From Candidatus Algichlamydia australiensis (GTDB lineage Bacteria > Chlamydiota > Chlamydiia > Chlamydiales > JAJFMI01): DNA of 64,000 nucleotides. Position 1 is the stretch's first letter; each line of letters begins with the position of its first letter. Positions 50,004-59,847 of this stretch are shown here, piece after piece. The notes below the pieces were generated by a model that worked only from the letters and a program-made list of their open reading frames with translations, was not told the DNA's origin and searched no databases. The translations under genes and the position numbers were made by a program. The DNA is taken from assembly GCA_033977065.1 (NCBI GenBank), contig JAXCHI010000004.1:352001-416000 (forward strand), written 5' to 3'.

Positions 50004-51251
50004 TTAAGAACTTCCCCTACGCTTTTTTCTAAAATATTCCACTCTTTTTTTCATCTCTCGCTCAAAGCCGCGTTCCACAGGTTCGTAGTAATTTTCGCCT
50101 TTTATTTCGTCTGGAAAATAGTTTTGCCCCGAGCAGCCGGAAGCGGTATCGTGATCATACTCATATCCTTTTCCATACCCAAGATCTTTCATGGTTCTAG
50201 TTGGTGCGTTCAAAATGTGTTTTGGGGGATTGAGATGAGAGGTCTCTTGGGCAGCTTGTTTTGCTTTGTTTAAGGCAATGTAGAGTCTATTGCTTTTGGG
50301 AGCAAGTGCGAGATAGACGGTAAGCTCTGCAAGGGCAAGTTCCCCTTCTTTGGGTCCTAGTTTTTCATAAATATCCCAGCAGGATGTGGCAAGTGATGAA
50401 GCCTGCGGGTCCGCTAAGCCAATATCTTCAAGTGCCATTCGAGCAAGACGTCTCAAAATATAGCGAGGATCTTCACCAGCAATCAACATTCGCGAAAGGT
50501 AGTAGAGGGCGGCATCTGGATCTGAACCTCTCACGCTTTTGTGAAGAGCGGAGATGAGATTGAAGTGTCCGTCGCTTTTGCGATCGTAAAGAGGAGCGCG
50601 TTTTTGAATCAGCTGCTGAAGTTCTGTTAAATCGATCTCTTTGCTGCCTCCATAGGTCAAAATATTTTCAACCATATTGAGTAAATGGCGCGCATCACCT
50701 CCAGCACAACTGAGCAGTGCACTCTGCGCTTCCGGGGTAAGAGAGAGGGGAATTTTTGATAAGATTTGGGAGAGTGCGTCTTCAGCAAGAGGCTTGAGTT
50801 CGACAACTTGTAATCGGGAGAGGAGCGCGTTATTGAGAACAAAAGAGGGGTTTTCAGTTGTAGCCGCAACAAGGGTAATCGTGCCATCTTCTAAATAGGG
50901 TAAAAAGAGATCTTGCTGCGCTTTATTGAAACGGTGGATCTCATCCACAAAAAGAATCGATTGGCTAGAGAGTAGAGGTTGGCTCTTTTTTTCTGCTATA
51001 TGTTTTTTGAGGTCAGCAACCCCATGAAAGAGGGGAGTAAATGAGTGAAGGTCGCAACCGAGCGTTTTTGCGTAGAGTTTTGCTAAGGTAGTTTTGCCAC
51101 ACCCAGGCGGTCCCCAAAGAAGCAGAGAAATGGGCTTTTTCGTTGAAAAAATGCGATGAATGAGCCCTGTTTCTCCCGTAAGATGCTCCTGGCCAACAAG
51201 ATCTTCAATTGAGCTAGGTCGCATGCGATCAGCTAATGGGGAATTACTCAT
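50004..51251 (-). CDS. rarA: Replication-associated recombination protein A
   Basis: PLADRMRP, GPPGCGKTT, DEIHRFNKAQQD and SALHKSVRGSD. Confidence 0.96.
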   Translation of the reverse strand: MSNSPLADRMRPSSIEDLVGQEHLTGETGLIHRIFSTKKPISLLLWGPPGCGKTTLAKLYAKTLGCDLHSFTPLFHGVADLKKHIAEKKSQPLLSSQSILFVDEIHRFNKAQQDLFLPYLEDGTITLVAATTENPSFVLNNALLSRLQVVELKPLAEDALSQILSKIPLSLTPEAQSALLSCAGGDARHLLNMVENILTYGGSKEIDLTELQQLIQKRAPLYDRKSDGHFNLISALHKSVRGSDPDAALYYLSRMLIAGEDPRYILRRLARMALEDIGLADPQASSLATSCWDIYEKLGPKEGELALAELTVYLALAPKSNRLYIALNKAKQAAQETSHLNPPKHILNAPTRTMKDLGYGKGYEYDHDTASGCSGQNYFPDEIKGENYYEPVERGFEREMKKRVEYFRKKRRGSS

Positions 51252-52654
51252 TCAGGCAGTTTAAGCCACTCTGGCTTTTTGAATCTATGGAAGATAAATG
51301 GAAGAGCAACCATGCTCAAAACTCCTAAAATAATAAAAGATTCGTAGAGTAAAATATTTCCTGTTGGAATTTGCGAGGGAGGGATACAAGTCAGGGTAAT
51401 TCCTAGAATAGATCCCAAGACACCTACAGAAGCAACAAGCCAAATCCCCTTATGTGGGTGGGGAATTTTGTAGGGGCGCGGAACATCAGGACGAGCATAG
51501 CGCAATCGTATTGCGGCAATGAACATCATCACATACATGATGAGATACATCTGCGCTGCTATAGCTGTTAAGGCCCAGTAAGATGTACTTACAGAAGGTA
51601 GAAAAAGAAAGATAAGCGAGACAAAGGAAACAATAATTGCTTGATAAAAGAGCAGTCTCGTTGGCACCCCGTGTGGGTTCAATTTCTGAAAGTAGGGAGG
51701 TAAATTTCCATGAAGTGAAGCCATATGGAGAGCTTTTATTGGCCCGATAATCCAGGCATTGACTTCGGCGATGGCCCCTAAAATGAGCAAACTCCCTATA
51801 ACAGGAAGAAGAAAGCCAAGGTGATAGAAATCTAAAAAGGTTTTAAATGCCTCCATAAGCCCTGTAACGAGCTGAATCTCTTTTCCTGGAATGACATAAG
51901 CTACAGACAAAGATCCAAGCATGAAGAGGAAGAAAACAATAATTGCAGCGATTATAATGGCCTTTGGAAAGTTTTTTTGTGGCTCGTGGACTTCACCTGC
52001 ATATCCGGCTGATACCTCAAGACCTGCAAAAGCGAGAAAAAATCCCCCAAGAAAAACAAGGTTTTGAATGCGTGTAATGTCCGGAATTAAACTTTTGGCA
52101 GTAAACTGGATCTGAACTGGGTTTCCCGTTGTTACATAGTAAATAGCAAGAAGAATAATAAAGACCCCAGGGAGGATCGTTCCCGCTACTACACCAATGC
52201 TTGAAAAGAGGCCTGAAGTCTTGATTCCCCTATAGTTAAGATAGGTCATTCCCCAGTAGGAGGTGAGCACAATCGCAATAATGAAAAGAGGATTATCGGC
52301 CAGAGCGGGGTTCATCATGTAGGCGAGCGTAGCAGCAACAAAAGAGAGAATTGCGGGGTACCAGGTTAAATTGTGGGCCCATTGCATCCAGATAGCAAAA
52401 AAGCCCCACTTGTTTCCAAAAGCCTCACGCACCCAGATGTAGATTCCCCCCGATTTAGGCCATCCTGTTGCAAGCTCAGCTGATACAAGGGCTGATGGCA
52501 CAAGAAAAAGAATCCCTACAACGAAAAAGAAAAAGAGCGCGCTGTAGCCATATTCTGCTACAAGAGGAAGATTGCGCAAACTGGCCATGATTGAAACATT
52601 GAGCAGGACAAGCATGGGAACAGTGATGGTTCTGCTAGAAGAGAATTCTGCCAT
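51248..52654 (-). CDS. APC-family amino acid permease (GadC-like)
   Basis: About 12 TM segments; SAELATGWPKSGGIYIWVREAFG and FAGLE. Confidence 0.9.
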   Translation of the reverse strand: MAEFSSSRTITVPMLVLLNVSIMASLRNLPLVAEYGYSALFFFFVVGILFLVPSALVSAELATGWPKSGGIYIWVREAFGNKWGFFAIWMQWAHNLTWYPAILSFVAATLAYMMNPALADNPLFIIAIVLTSYWGMTYLNYRGIKTSGLFSSIGVVAGTILPGVFIILLAIYYVTTGNPVQIQFTAKSLIPDITRIQNLVFLGGFFLAFAGLEVSAGYAGEVHEPQKNFPKAIIIAAIIVFFLFMLGSLSVAYVIPGKEIQLVTGLMEAFKTFLDFYHLGFLLPVIGSLLILGAIAEVNAWIIGPIKALHMASLHGNLPPYFQKLNPHGVPTRLLFYQAIIVSFVSLIFLFLPSVSTSYWALTAIAAQMYLIMYVMMFIAAIRLRYARPDVPRPYKIPHPHKGIWLVASVGVLGSILGITLTCIPPSQIPTGNILLYESFIILGVLSMVALPFIFHRFKKPEWLKLPE

Positions 52655-52974
52655 TAGTAGTTGTTATCCAAGTACTGAAGAATAGCGGACGATTCATACA
52701 TAGGGCGTCCATTAATGAAGAGGCAGGGGACCTGCCCTTTTCCGCCTTTGCTGATGAGCTCGCGCTTAGCAGACGGATCTGCAGAGACATTTTTTAATGT
52801 TACAGGTATGTTCTTCTCTCGAATCTTATTTAGTACGGGCTTGCAATAGGGACAGGTTGGCATGTAGTAGAGGACAAGCTGCTCGCTTTTCACCTGAATT
52901 ACAGGGGTGTTGCAGTCGGCTTGTAGAGATGGCGGGAAGAATAAAGGGCCTAGTAAAAAGAGGAGTTTTCTCAT
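52654..52974 (-). CDS. Glutaredoxin-like protein with signal peptide
   Basis: CPYC, QVPCLFING and YESSAI; N-terminal leader ending LQA. Confidence 0.88.
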   Translation of the reverse strand: MRKLLFLLGPLFFPPSLQADCNTPVIQVKSEQLVLYYMPTCPYCKPVLNKIREKNIPVTLKNVSADPSAKRELISKGGKGQVPCLFINGRPMYESSAILQYLDNNY

Positions 52975-53319
52975 AAATCACTCATAATTAGTGTTGTTTA
53001 TATATTCACAAAAGTAACAAATTTTTAGCTAAATATTCAACTGTTTTTAAGCTGTTTTTTTTGATGTAAATTCAGTGTTTTGAACATCAATTATTTCGAA
53101 ATTTTCTTTTTTTTCGTTAAAAAAGAAAAATATTTAAAAAAAAATTTCAAATGAAAAAAATGCCGTTTTACTAGGGGAATTGCGTTAATTGATTAACTGT
53201 TTTGATTTTAAATAATAAAAAAACTAAAAAAATTTTTTATTAATTATTATAAATATAGTATATTGAAATTAAATAGAGAGAATATTAATTAATTGCGGCT
53301 ATAAAAGGAGAAGATAGTT

Positions 53320-53964
53320 ATGGCTACAAAGCGAAAGAAGTCAACGGCTAAAAGAAAGCCTGCGGCTAAAAAAACAACTGCGAAGCGTAAGACGACTCGC
53401 AGAAAGACAGTGGCAAAGAAAAAGCCAGCTGTGAAAAGAAAAACAGCGGCAAAGAAAAAGCCAGCTGCGAAAAGAAAAACAGCGGCAAAGAAAAAGCCAG
53501 CTGCGAAAAGAAAAACAGCGGCAAAGAAAAAGCCAGCTGCGAAGAGAAAAACTGCTGCTAAAAGAAAGCCAGCAGCTAAGAAAAAAACTTCTGCACGTAA
53601 GAAGACTACAGCGAAGAGAAAGACTACAGCTAAAAGAAAGCCAGCTGCTAAGAAGAAAACTTCTGCACGTAAGAAGACTACAGCGAAGAGAAAAACTACA
53701 GCTAAAAGAAAGCCAGCTGCTAAGAAGAAAACTGCTGCACGTAAGAAGACTACAGCAAAAAGAAAGACTACAGCTAAGAAAAAGCCAGCTGCTAAGAAGA
53801 AAACTGCTGTACGTAAGAAGACTACAGCAAAAAGAAAGACTACAGCTAAGAGAAAGCCAGCTGCGAAAAGAACAACTCGCAGAAAAACTACTGCAAAGAG
53901 AAAGCCAGCTGCGAAGAGAACAACTCGCAGAAAGACGACTCGCAGAAAAACTGCTAAAAAGTAA
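53320..53964 (+). CDS. hctB: Histone H1-like nucleoid protein Hc2
   Basis: K/R/A/T-rich short repeats (KKKPAAKRKTAA); AGGAG SD; tandem 36 bp and 72 bp DNA repeats. Confidence 0.85.
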   Translation: MATKRKKSTAKRKPAAKKTTAKRKTTRRKTVAKKKPAVKRKTAAKKKPAAKRKTAAKKKPAAKRKTAAKKKPAAKRKTAAKRKPAAKKKTSARKKTTAKRKTTAKRKPAAKKKTSARKKTTAKRKTTAKRKPAAKKKTAARKKTTAKRKTTAKKKPAAKKKTAVRKKTTAKRKTTAKRKPAAKRTTRRKTTAKRKPAAKRTTRRKTTRRKTAKK

Positions 53965-53987
53965 GAACTTTCTTACCTTATCTTTCT

Positions 53988-54017
53988 AAAAAGCGGGATT
54001 TACGTCCCGCTTTTTTT
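53988..54017. terminator. Bidirectional intrinsic terminator
   Basis: AAAAAGCGGGA-TTTACG-TCCCGCTTTTTTT between convergent hctB and nitroreductase. Confidence 0.85.
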
Positions 54018-54581
54018 ATACTTGCCTTTCATAGCAAAAGAATTGATGGGATTCCGATCAGACATTTTTTCCATTTTTTGCATATCTTCTGGTAAAGACT
54101 CTTTTAGCCCTGGTCTGCCCACAGCAATCATCATTTCGACCTCATACTCATCTGGAATTTCTAGAATTTCACGGGCTCTTTTATAGCTAAACCCCTCCAT
54201 TCCATGAACAACAAGATTCATGCTCACACCTTGGATAGCAAGCCCCATCCAAGCAGCACCCGTGTCAAAACTGTGCGTTTTGCAAGGCTTGTCGTTGTGA
54301 GTAAACGTTTTACGTGAAATTGTGCAGATGATAGCCCCTGCATTTTTTGCCCAATTTTTATTAAAGTCAATGAGCAGGTCAAGGAATTGCTCCCATTCAG
54401 GATCTTCACGTTTGACATAGATAAATCGCCAAGGTTGGCCGTTATAACTTGATGGAGCCCATCGAGCTGCATCAAAAAGTGTCATGAGTTCTTCATCTGA
54501 AATGCTCTCTCCGTTCATGGCTCTTGAATACCAACGGTTTAGTATTTCAGGCAAGATAAGATGTTCGGGTTTACGTTTCAT
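54000..54581 (-). CDS. Nitroreductase family protein
   Basis: AARWAPSSYNGQPWRF, FDTGAA and HGMEGF. Confidence 0.93.
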   Translation of the reverse strand: MKRKPEHLILPEILNRWYSRAMNGESISDEELMTLFDAARWAPSSYNGQPWRFIYVKREDPEWEQFLDLLIDFNKNWAKNAGAIICTISRKTFTHNDKPCKTHSFDTGAAWMGLAIQGVSMNLVVHGMEGFSYKRAREILEIPDEYEVEMMIAVGRPGLKESLPEDMQKMEKMSDRNPINSFAMKGKYKKSGT

Positions 54582-55170
54582 GTATTTTCTCTAAAAAGAA
54601 TTGAGTATAAAGCCAGTGTGCTACAACAGCAACACTAAATCCTAAAATATTTCCCGCAACTACATCGCTTAAAAAGTGGGAATTCAGGCCTACGCGGACC
54701 ATTGTGGTGAAAAAGAGTGTTCCAATCAAGTAGGGCACTTGTTTTGGGTAGCGCATTGCAAAAAAACCAAAGAGAGTCGCAATAGTGGCAGCATGTCTTG
54801 AAGGAAAAGATTGAAAGTTTGAGTCTAGGCAGAAAAAGGAGGGGAAGTAAATCCCTTCAGAACAAAAAAGTTTTGGCCGCGGTCTTCCTATAATGTATTT
54901 TAAAAATGTCACTAAAGTGTTTGTTGCGAGAATATTAAAGTTAATTAGCAGCAGTGAGTTTCTAACAGATTTTATCTTCCATAAGGTGAAAAGAAGCAGA
55001 GGCCAAAGAACAAGGTGGAGGAGGGGAGAGATTAAAAAGGAGATGGAGCGACAACTACTACGAAGTATCTTAGTAGAATTTTGATCGATCCACTCAGAGA
55101 GAGGGAGGTCGATCAAAATAGTACCAAGAAAGAGTAAGGAAAAGAGAAAAAGTGATTTACGCAAATTCAT
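54571..55170 (-). CDS. PAP2-family membrane phosphatase
   Basis: KYIIGRPRP, SFPSRH and RVGLNSHFLSDV motifs. Confidence 0.9.
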   Translation of the reverse strand: MNLRKSLFLFSLLFLGTILIDLPLSEWIDQNSTKILRSSCRSISFLISPLLHLVLWPLLLFTLWKIKSVRNSLLLINFNILATNTLVTFLKYIIGRPRPKLFCSEGIYFPSFFCLDSNFQSFPSRHAATIATLFGFFAMRYPKQVPYLIGTLFFTTMVRVGLNSHFLSDVVAGNILGFSVAVVAHWLYTQFFLEKIHET

Positions 55171-55182
55171 TTAAAAGAGCTA

Positions 55183-55695
55183 CTATGAATCTGCTAATTT
55201 GAACTTTACAAGGGTCATATTTTGTTGATCCTCTTTGATGTATAGTTCAGCTGGTTCAGAAACATCTAGAGATCGAAATGGTTCATAGACAACTTGTTTT
55301 GCTCTCTTTTTTGACCAAGAGTCTGTGCACCACCCCTCTTTTTTAATTGTTTGCGTCTCTGTGATAGTAAAGTTGATTCCGCCACCCTCTACATTTTGAG
55401 CAGAGACGTGGAAGGAGACTGTGTGGGGATTTCGGGAAGGATGGGTTGCTAGAATTAGATTGCCCTCTATCTCTGTGTGATCTTCTTCATTTGAGGGTGC
55501 ATACTCACTGCAAAAAGCTAGGTGTTCAGGGGCGCTTGTGATCAGATAGATGACTCCATCTACTGGATTGGCGCAGATTCCCTTGACGTGCAGAGAAGGC
55601 GTTCCCTCTTCAACTTTTGTAGAGAATGCGGAGAGCTCTGTAGAAAAAATTGTGAAAAAAAATACTAAAAGAAACGCTGAAATTTTACGAGCCAT
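55183..55695 (-). CDS. Exported hypothetical protein (paralog of 56022-56528)
   Basis: AAGGAG SD; signal peptide MARKISAFLLVFFFTIFSTELSA; collinear similarity to its neighbour. Confidence 0.8.
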   Translation of the reverse strand: MARKISAFLLVFFFTIFSTELSAFSTKVEEGTPSLHVKGICANPVDGVIYLITSAPEHLAFCSEYAPSNEEDHTEIEGNLILATHPSRNPHTVSFHVSAQNVEGGGINFTITETQTIKKEGWCTDSWSKKRAKQVVYEPFRSLDVSEPAELYIKEDQQNMTLVKFKLADS

Positions 55696-55781
55696 GATTA
55701 CTCCTTTGTCTTTAATCTCCCATCCTACCAAGGAGTTTTAAAATAACGCAAAGAGATTATTTTTGAGTTTGTATTTTTTCT

Positions 55782-55952
55782 CTCTGTACTGGACAAAAAT
55801 TTTGCCAATGGGAGAGCTGCGCTTTTATCAAATCGATTCTCCTCCTCGTCCATAGCACTATGGGCTATGGACTCGTCGCTCGAAACGCTGCTGCTTCGAT
55901 TTGATTTTGGCTCGCTTTGCTCCTCTTGGCAAAATTTTTGTCCAGTACAGAG
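55782..55952. mobile_element. Hairpin element family B, copy 2
   Basis: Perfect 27 bp TIR CTCTGTACTGGACAAAAATTTTGCCAA; ATTTTTTCT duplicated at 55773-55781 and 55953-55961. Confidence 0.92.
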
Positions 55953-56021
55953 ATTTTTTCTGATCTAAAAGACAGTCTCTAAACTTGCTTGGTGGTTATT
56001 TAGAAAGAGAGGAAAGTCGTT

Positions 56022-56528
56022 TTATTCTGCCAATAGATTATAGTGGATGAAGCCTAAATTTTGGCATGCTTGTGTATGAACCATTTCAGCTTTTACTTTT
56101 GTATCTAAGGTACGGTTTTTCACGTGAATTCTGCGAGATGCTTTTTTGCGAAAAGAGCTATTAGTACAACAGCTTCCTTCTTCGAAGATTTGTGTTTCGT
56201 TTATTAAAAAGTCAATTCCCTCATCTGTATTTTGGGCTGAAACAACAAAGTTGATCATTTGAGGGTTTTTAGAAGGGTATGTTGCAAGTATAAAGTCTCC
56301 CTCAACTTCTAGACCATCTTCTTGAAGAGAGGAAGAGTACATTTGATTTATTGTTAGATGGTTTGGAGCTTGCATAATTAGACTCAGAATTCCATTCTCA
56401 AAGCTCCCAGCTCCAACAATTTTGATTAATGGGATCCCTTCTTCAATTTCGTCATGAAAAGCAGACAATTCAGATGAAAAAATTGCGGAAAAAAATAGTA
56501 GAAAAAATGTTGAAATTTTACGGCCCAT
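56022..56528 (-). CDS. Exported hypothetical protein (paralog of 55183-55695)
   Basis: AGGAG SD; signal peptide MGRKISTFFLLFFSAIFSSELSA. Confidence 0.8.
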   Translation of the reverse strand: MGRKISTFFLLFFSAIFSSELSAFHDEIEEGIPLIKIVGAGSFENGILSLIMQAPNHLTINQMYSSSLQEDGLEVEGDFILATYPSKNPQMINFVVSAQNTDEGIDFLINETQIFEEGSCCTNSSFRKKASRRIHVKNRTLDTKVKAEMVHTQACQNLGFIHYNLLAE

Positions 56529-56603
56529 AAACTGCTCCTGTAGATCAATATAAGAAGCAAGTCTACCAACTTGAATTATTTTAACAAAAGCAAGAAGCGC
56601 CTA

Positions 56604-56764
56604 GATAGCGTCGTCAAAAGGCTATAATCAGATTATTTTTCATGTTTGCAGCTTATTTTTGTACGGAAATTGAAGCTGAATTTGTAAATTCCGCTTCATT
56701 TGAGCACAAAAATGGAGCCCAAACATGAAAAATAAGATGGTTGTATGCTTTTGACGACGCTATC
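56604..56764. mobile_element. Hairpin element family C, complete copy (161 bp, TA-flanked)
   Basis: TA-GATAGCGTCGTCAAAAG...CTTTTGACGACGCTATC-TA; subterminal TTATTTTTCATGTTTG/CAAACATGAAAAATAA. Confidence 0.9.
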
Positions 56765-56774
56765 TAATACTCTG

Positions 56775-57959
56775 TTATGCTGAGGTTTTCAGAGTCTCTT
56801 TGCTGTACTCAAAAAAGATAGAAGAGTCGATGCCCTTGTACTTAAGGTAAGGAGAGCCAAAAAACTGAATCGCTTTTCGACCAATTTTGTATCCTACTTC
56901 TGGGATGATTTTTGATGGCTTGCATGACCAGCCATCTTCATTAATTGTGGTCTGAAATAAGAAATATTTAATTGCCCAGCAAGCAGTTCCAACTAAACTG
57001 ATTGCAGTTGCAGCAAGGGAAATGCTCAAAACAGATGTAAAAGGGAGCAGAACCATATAGGTAAAGGAGAAGAGAACACCAACGAGGGAAATTGCGCCAA
57101 TTAAAAGCCGTTTTTCGCACTGCTTTTTCACCTTTAACATCAGCTCATGTGCCTCAGCTTTTTCAGCTTTAGAACCAGACTTTGCATAGTTAATTAGAAT
57201 AGGAAGATCATCGCAAATTTGTTTAGCAAGGCGAGGGCGAACCACTCTTGAGAGTTGGCGGACTTTTTCGGTAAGAAGGTCATCTTTTAGCTCTTTAATT
57301 CTTTCAGGAGAACCTAAACCTTTTTTCTCAATTTTGGCCAATTCATCTTCTGAAAGAGAGAGATAATTATCGCGAATTGTCTTAAGATCCTGCAATACAA
57401 AATCTTTGTCATGCGTAAACTGTTTATGAAATTTTACTGTTCTATAAATCCATCTTCCTTGAATCAAAAATTCAAGAGCACAGAGAAGAGATCCTGTAAG
57501 AGAAAGGGAGTTAATCATAGAAGCTGTAATCGAAATAGGAATGAAAAAGAAAGTGATGAATTCAGTAGCGTATTTCCAAATGTTGATTGTGGCGTAGTAG
57601 AGATACCCAACAAGTTGGGGAAGAGTTAAGACGAGTTCAGAAACAGTTTGATAGTCTTTTCTTTTTACTTCATCCTTAGTAAAGCTAAACCACTCTTTAA
57701 GAGCGAGAAGATAGGGAAGAACTGCAGCAACGCCAAAAGTACCGGGGAGGTTACTGGCTCCCGTCCCGTCATAAAGCTCTTTTTCAGGCACCTCAAGCTT
57801 TTTACTCTGAATATGCTCTAATCTTTTCTGTTCTAAAGATGTAGCAGTGAGTATCCCACTGGGTACGTAAGTGCCCATATCGATGATAGGAGTAGAGGGA
57901 GAGAGTTGTCCCAGATCCTCTAGGCCGGGAGTTGTAAAACCTTCTTCGATGTTATTCAT
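56775..57959 (-). CDS. Membrane protein with bilobed hydrophobic segments (Inc-like candidate)
   Basis: Disordered N-terminus; ~50 aa hydrophobic hairpin LIGAISLVG...WAIKYFLF; helical middle region. Confidence 0.65.
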   Translation of the reverse strand: MNNIEEGFTTPGLEDLGQLSPSTPIIDMGTYVPSGILTATSLEQKRLEHIQSKKLEVPEKELYDGTGASNLPGTFGVAAVLPYLLALKEWFSFTKDEVKRKDYQTVSELVLTLPQLVGYLYYATINIWKYATEFITFFFIPISITASMINSLSLTGSLLCALEFLIQGRWIYRTVKFHKQFTHDKDFVLQDLKTIRDNYLSLSEDELAKIEKKGLGSPERIKELKDDLLTEKVRQLSRVVRPRLAKQICDDLPILINYAKSGSKAEKAEAHELMLKVKKQCEKRLLIGAISLVGVLFSFTYMVLLPFTSVLSISLAATAISLVGTACWAIKYFLFQTTINEDGWSCKPSKIIPEVGYKIGRKAIQFFGSPYLKYKGIDSSIFFEYSKETLKTSA

Positions 57960-58066
57960 TACTTAATTATATAATATTAACAATTTATTTACAATCGCAT
58001 AAGTTGTTAACAATTAGCATCTTAAAATGTATAGAATCTTTTTTCTTAAGAGGTTATGCTGCAATT

Positions 58067-58702
58067 ATGAAGAAATTTTTCCTTATCCTTGTCATTTTGG
58101 CCCTATCATCTAGTGTTTTTGCTGATTACAAGGCCAAAGACTATTCTTACCTTTTAGGTCACGTAAAAGGGCTAGATGACTCCCTTCTGAAGATGCATTT
58201 TACTCTCTATCAAGGCTATGTAAAAAATACAAACAGTCTCCTTGCAACTATTGAAGAGCTATCAAAGTCGGGAAAAGATCGCACAGCTGCCTATGGAGCT
58301 CTTAAACGTCGTGTTGGATGGGAGATGGACGGGATGCTTCTCCACGAACTCTACTTTTCAAATCTTGGCGGAAAAGGGAACCTCGATTCAAATTCTCCAC
58401 TTTATAAAGCGATTGTCAGCGATTTTGGCAGCTATGAAAGTTGGAAAAAAGACTATATTGCAACCGGCATGATGCGGGGAATCGGCTGGGTGATCCTCTA
58501 TCGCGATCCTAAAAACAGACGTTTACAGAATATCTGGATTGAGGAGCATGATCTTGGCCACATCGCAGGTGGAACTCCAATTCTTATTATGGATGTTTGG
58601 GAGCACGCCTACATTACCCAATTTGGGTTAGATCGCGCCGGCTACATCAACACTTTTTTTCAAAATATCAATTGGAAAGAGGTTGAGCAGAGAGTAAAAT
58701 AG
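58067..58702 (+). CDS. Fe/Mn superoxide dismutase family protein with signal peptide
   Basis: MKKFFLILVILALSSSVFA leader; HFTLYQGYV, LHELYF and DVWEHAY ligands. Confidence 0.9.
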   Translation: MKKFFLILVILALSSSVFADYKAKDYSYLLGHVKGLDDSLLKMHFTLYQGYVKNTNSLLATIEELSKSGKDRTAAYGALKRRVGWEMDGMLLHELYFSNLGGKGNLDSNSPLYKAIVSDFGSYESWKKDYIATGMMRGIGWVILYRDPKNRRLQNIWIEEHDLGHIAGGTPILIMDVWEHAYITQFGLDRAGYINTFFQNINWKEVEQRVK

Positions 58703-58802
58703 GTGTTTTTTTTGAAAACCTGGAGCTGTTTTGTCTCTCTGTAGGAAAAATCGGGTAGTAACCTGAGTTTAACAAATTCTTAAAATCTGCAATAATAGCG
58801 AC

Positions 58803-59375
58803 ATGGATTTCATTAAGCTTTTACAAAAAGGGGAAGTGATCGGTTTTCCCACGGATACAGTTTATGGTATTGGAGCAGCCTTCAGCCAAATATCTGGAAT
58901 TCAAAAAATTTATGCAATTAAAGGGCGTCCAGAAACAAAGCCATTAATTGCACACGTAAGCTCTTTTGAAATGGCAGAAGCGCTTTTTGAAAGCCCCTCT
59001 AAACGCTTTTATGAGCTCGCCAAAGAGCATTGGCCGGGTCCTGTTACACTTATAGATAAAAAAGCATCCCATGTTTCTGATCTTATTACGGCCAATTTGC
59101 CTACGATCGGTGTTCGCATACCGAATTGCCAGCAGACTCAAGATTTAATTGAAAAGCTAGGAGAGCCTCTTATTGGCACTTCAGCAAACTACTCTGGAGG
59201 CGACCCCCTCTTTTCCCATATAGAAGCAGAAAAACTCTTTGGTAATAAACTGGCAGGGTACTTAGAAGGGAGTGCTTCTCTAAAAGTACCTTCAACAGTT
59301 TACTCTCTTTTCGATGGGCAGATCTTACGAAGAGGATCGACTCAACTTACTGCAAAAATCAGTACTGATCTGTAA
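58803..59375 (+). CDS. tsaC: Threonylcarbamoyl-AMP synthase (Sua5/TsaC)
   Basis: FPTDTVYGIG, KGRP, WPGPVT, TSANYSG and PSTV. Confidence 0.93.
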   Translation: MDFIKLLQKGEVIGFPTDTVYGIGAAFSQISGIQKIYAIKGRPETKPLIAHVSSFEMAEALFESPSKRFYELAKEHWPGPVTLIDKKASHVSDLITANLPTIGVRIPNCQQTQDLIEKLGEPLIGTSANYSGGDPLFSHIEAEKLFGNKLAGYLEGSASLKVPSTVYSLFDGQILRRGSTQLTAKISTDL

Positions 59376-59792
59376 AACAAGATGTTGTTCATTCTCTTCT
59401 AAAGTGGGTATCCCTCGTGTAATAATATTTTCTGCGTGAATCAAGTAGTCCTCTTTATCAAAAGTGCCATCGCTTTTTACAAATAAGGCTTTTGATTTTT
59501 CAAGCTCTTCAAAGAGTGCCCTTACATTTTGAGATGCAGATTCAGGGACATCATAGGTCAGAGGTTTTTTTTGAATGTATTCTACTATTCTACTCATGAT
59601 ATCGGGGAAAAATGGAAAATAGGGAGAATTGAGAACTTCTGCTGGAAGCATATCTGTCTTGTTTTCTAGATTGGCTAGTTTACAGAATATCTCTACATAT
59701 GCATTTGAAGCTTCAGCGGTAACTTGAATCACTTCTTTTTCGCGTAACTCATGAAGAGTTGAAATAAATGTTCTGACCCCTACTGCTTGCAT
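59325..59792 (-). CDS. Hypothetical protein (155 aa)
   Basis: Open frame with protein-like composition; no motif recognised. Confidence 0.6.
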   Translation of the reverse strand: MQAVGVRTFISTLHELREKEVIQVTAEASNAYVEIFCKLANLENKTDMLPAEVLNSPYFPFFPDIMSRIVEYIQKKPLTYDVPESASQNVRALFEELEKSKALFVKSDGTFDKEDYLIHAENIITRGIPTLEENEQHLVLQISTDFCSKLSRSSS

Positions 59793-59847
59793 ACAATCTA
59801 TTGAATTCTGTTAAAACTATATTAATACTAGTAATAAGTTTAATATA

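Noticed and set aside
52975..53319. Replication origin in the very AT-rich gap upstream of hctB
   Set aside because: No cluster of DnaA boxes seen; consistent with divergent promoters.
53400..53950. Non-coding tandem repeat or VNTR
   Set aside because: Explained by the coding repeats of histone-like HctB.
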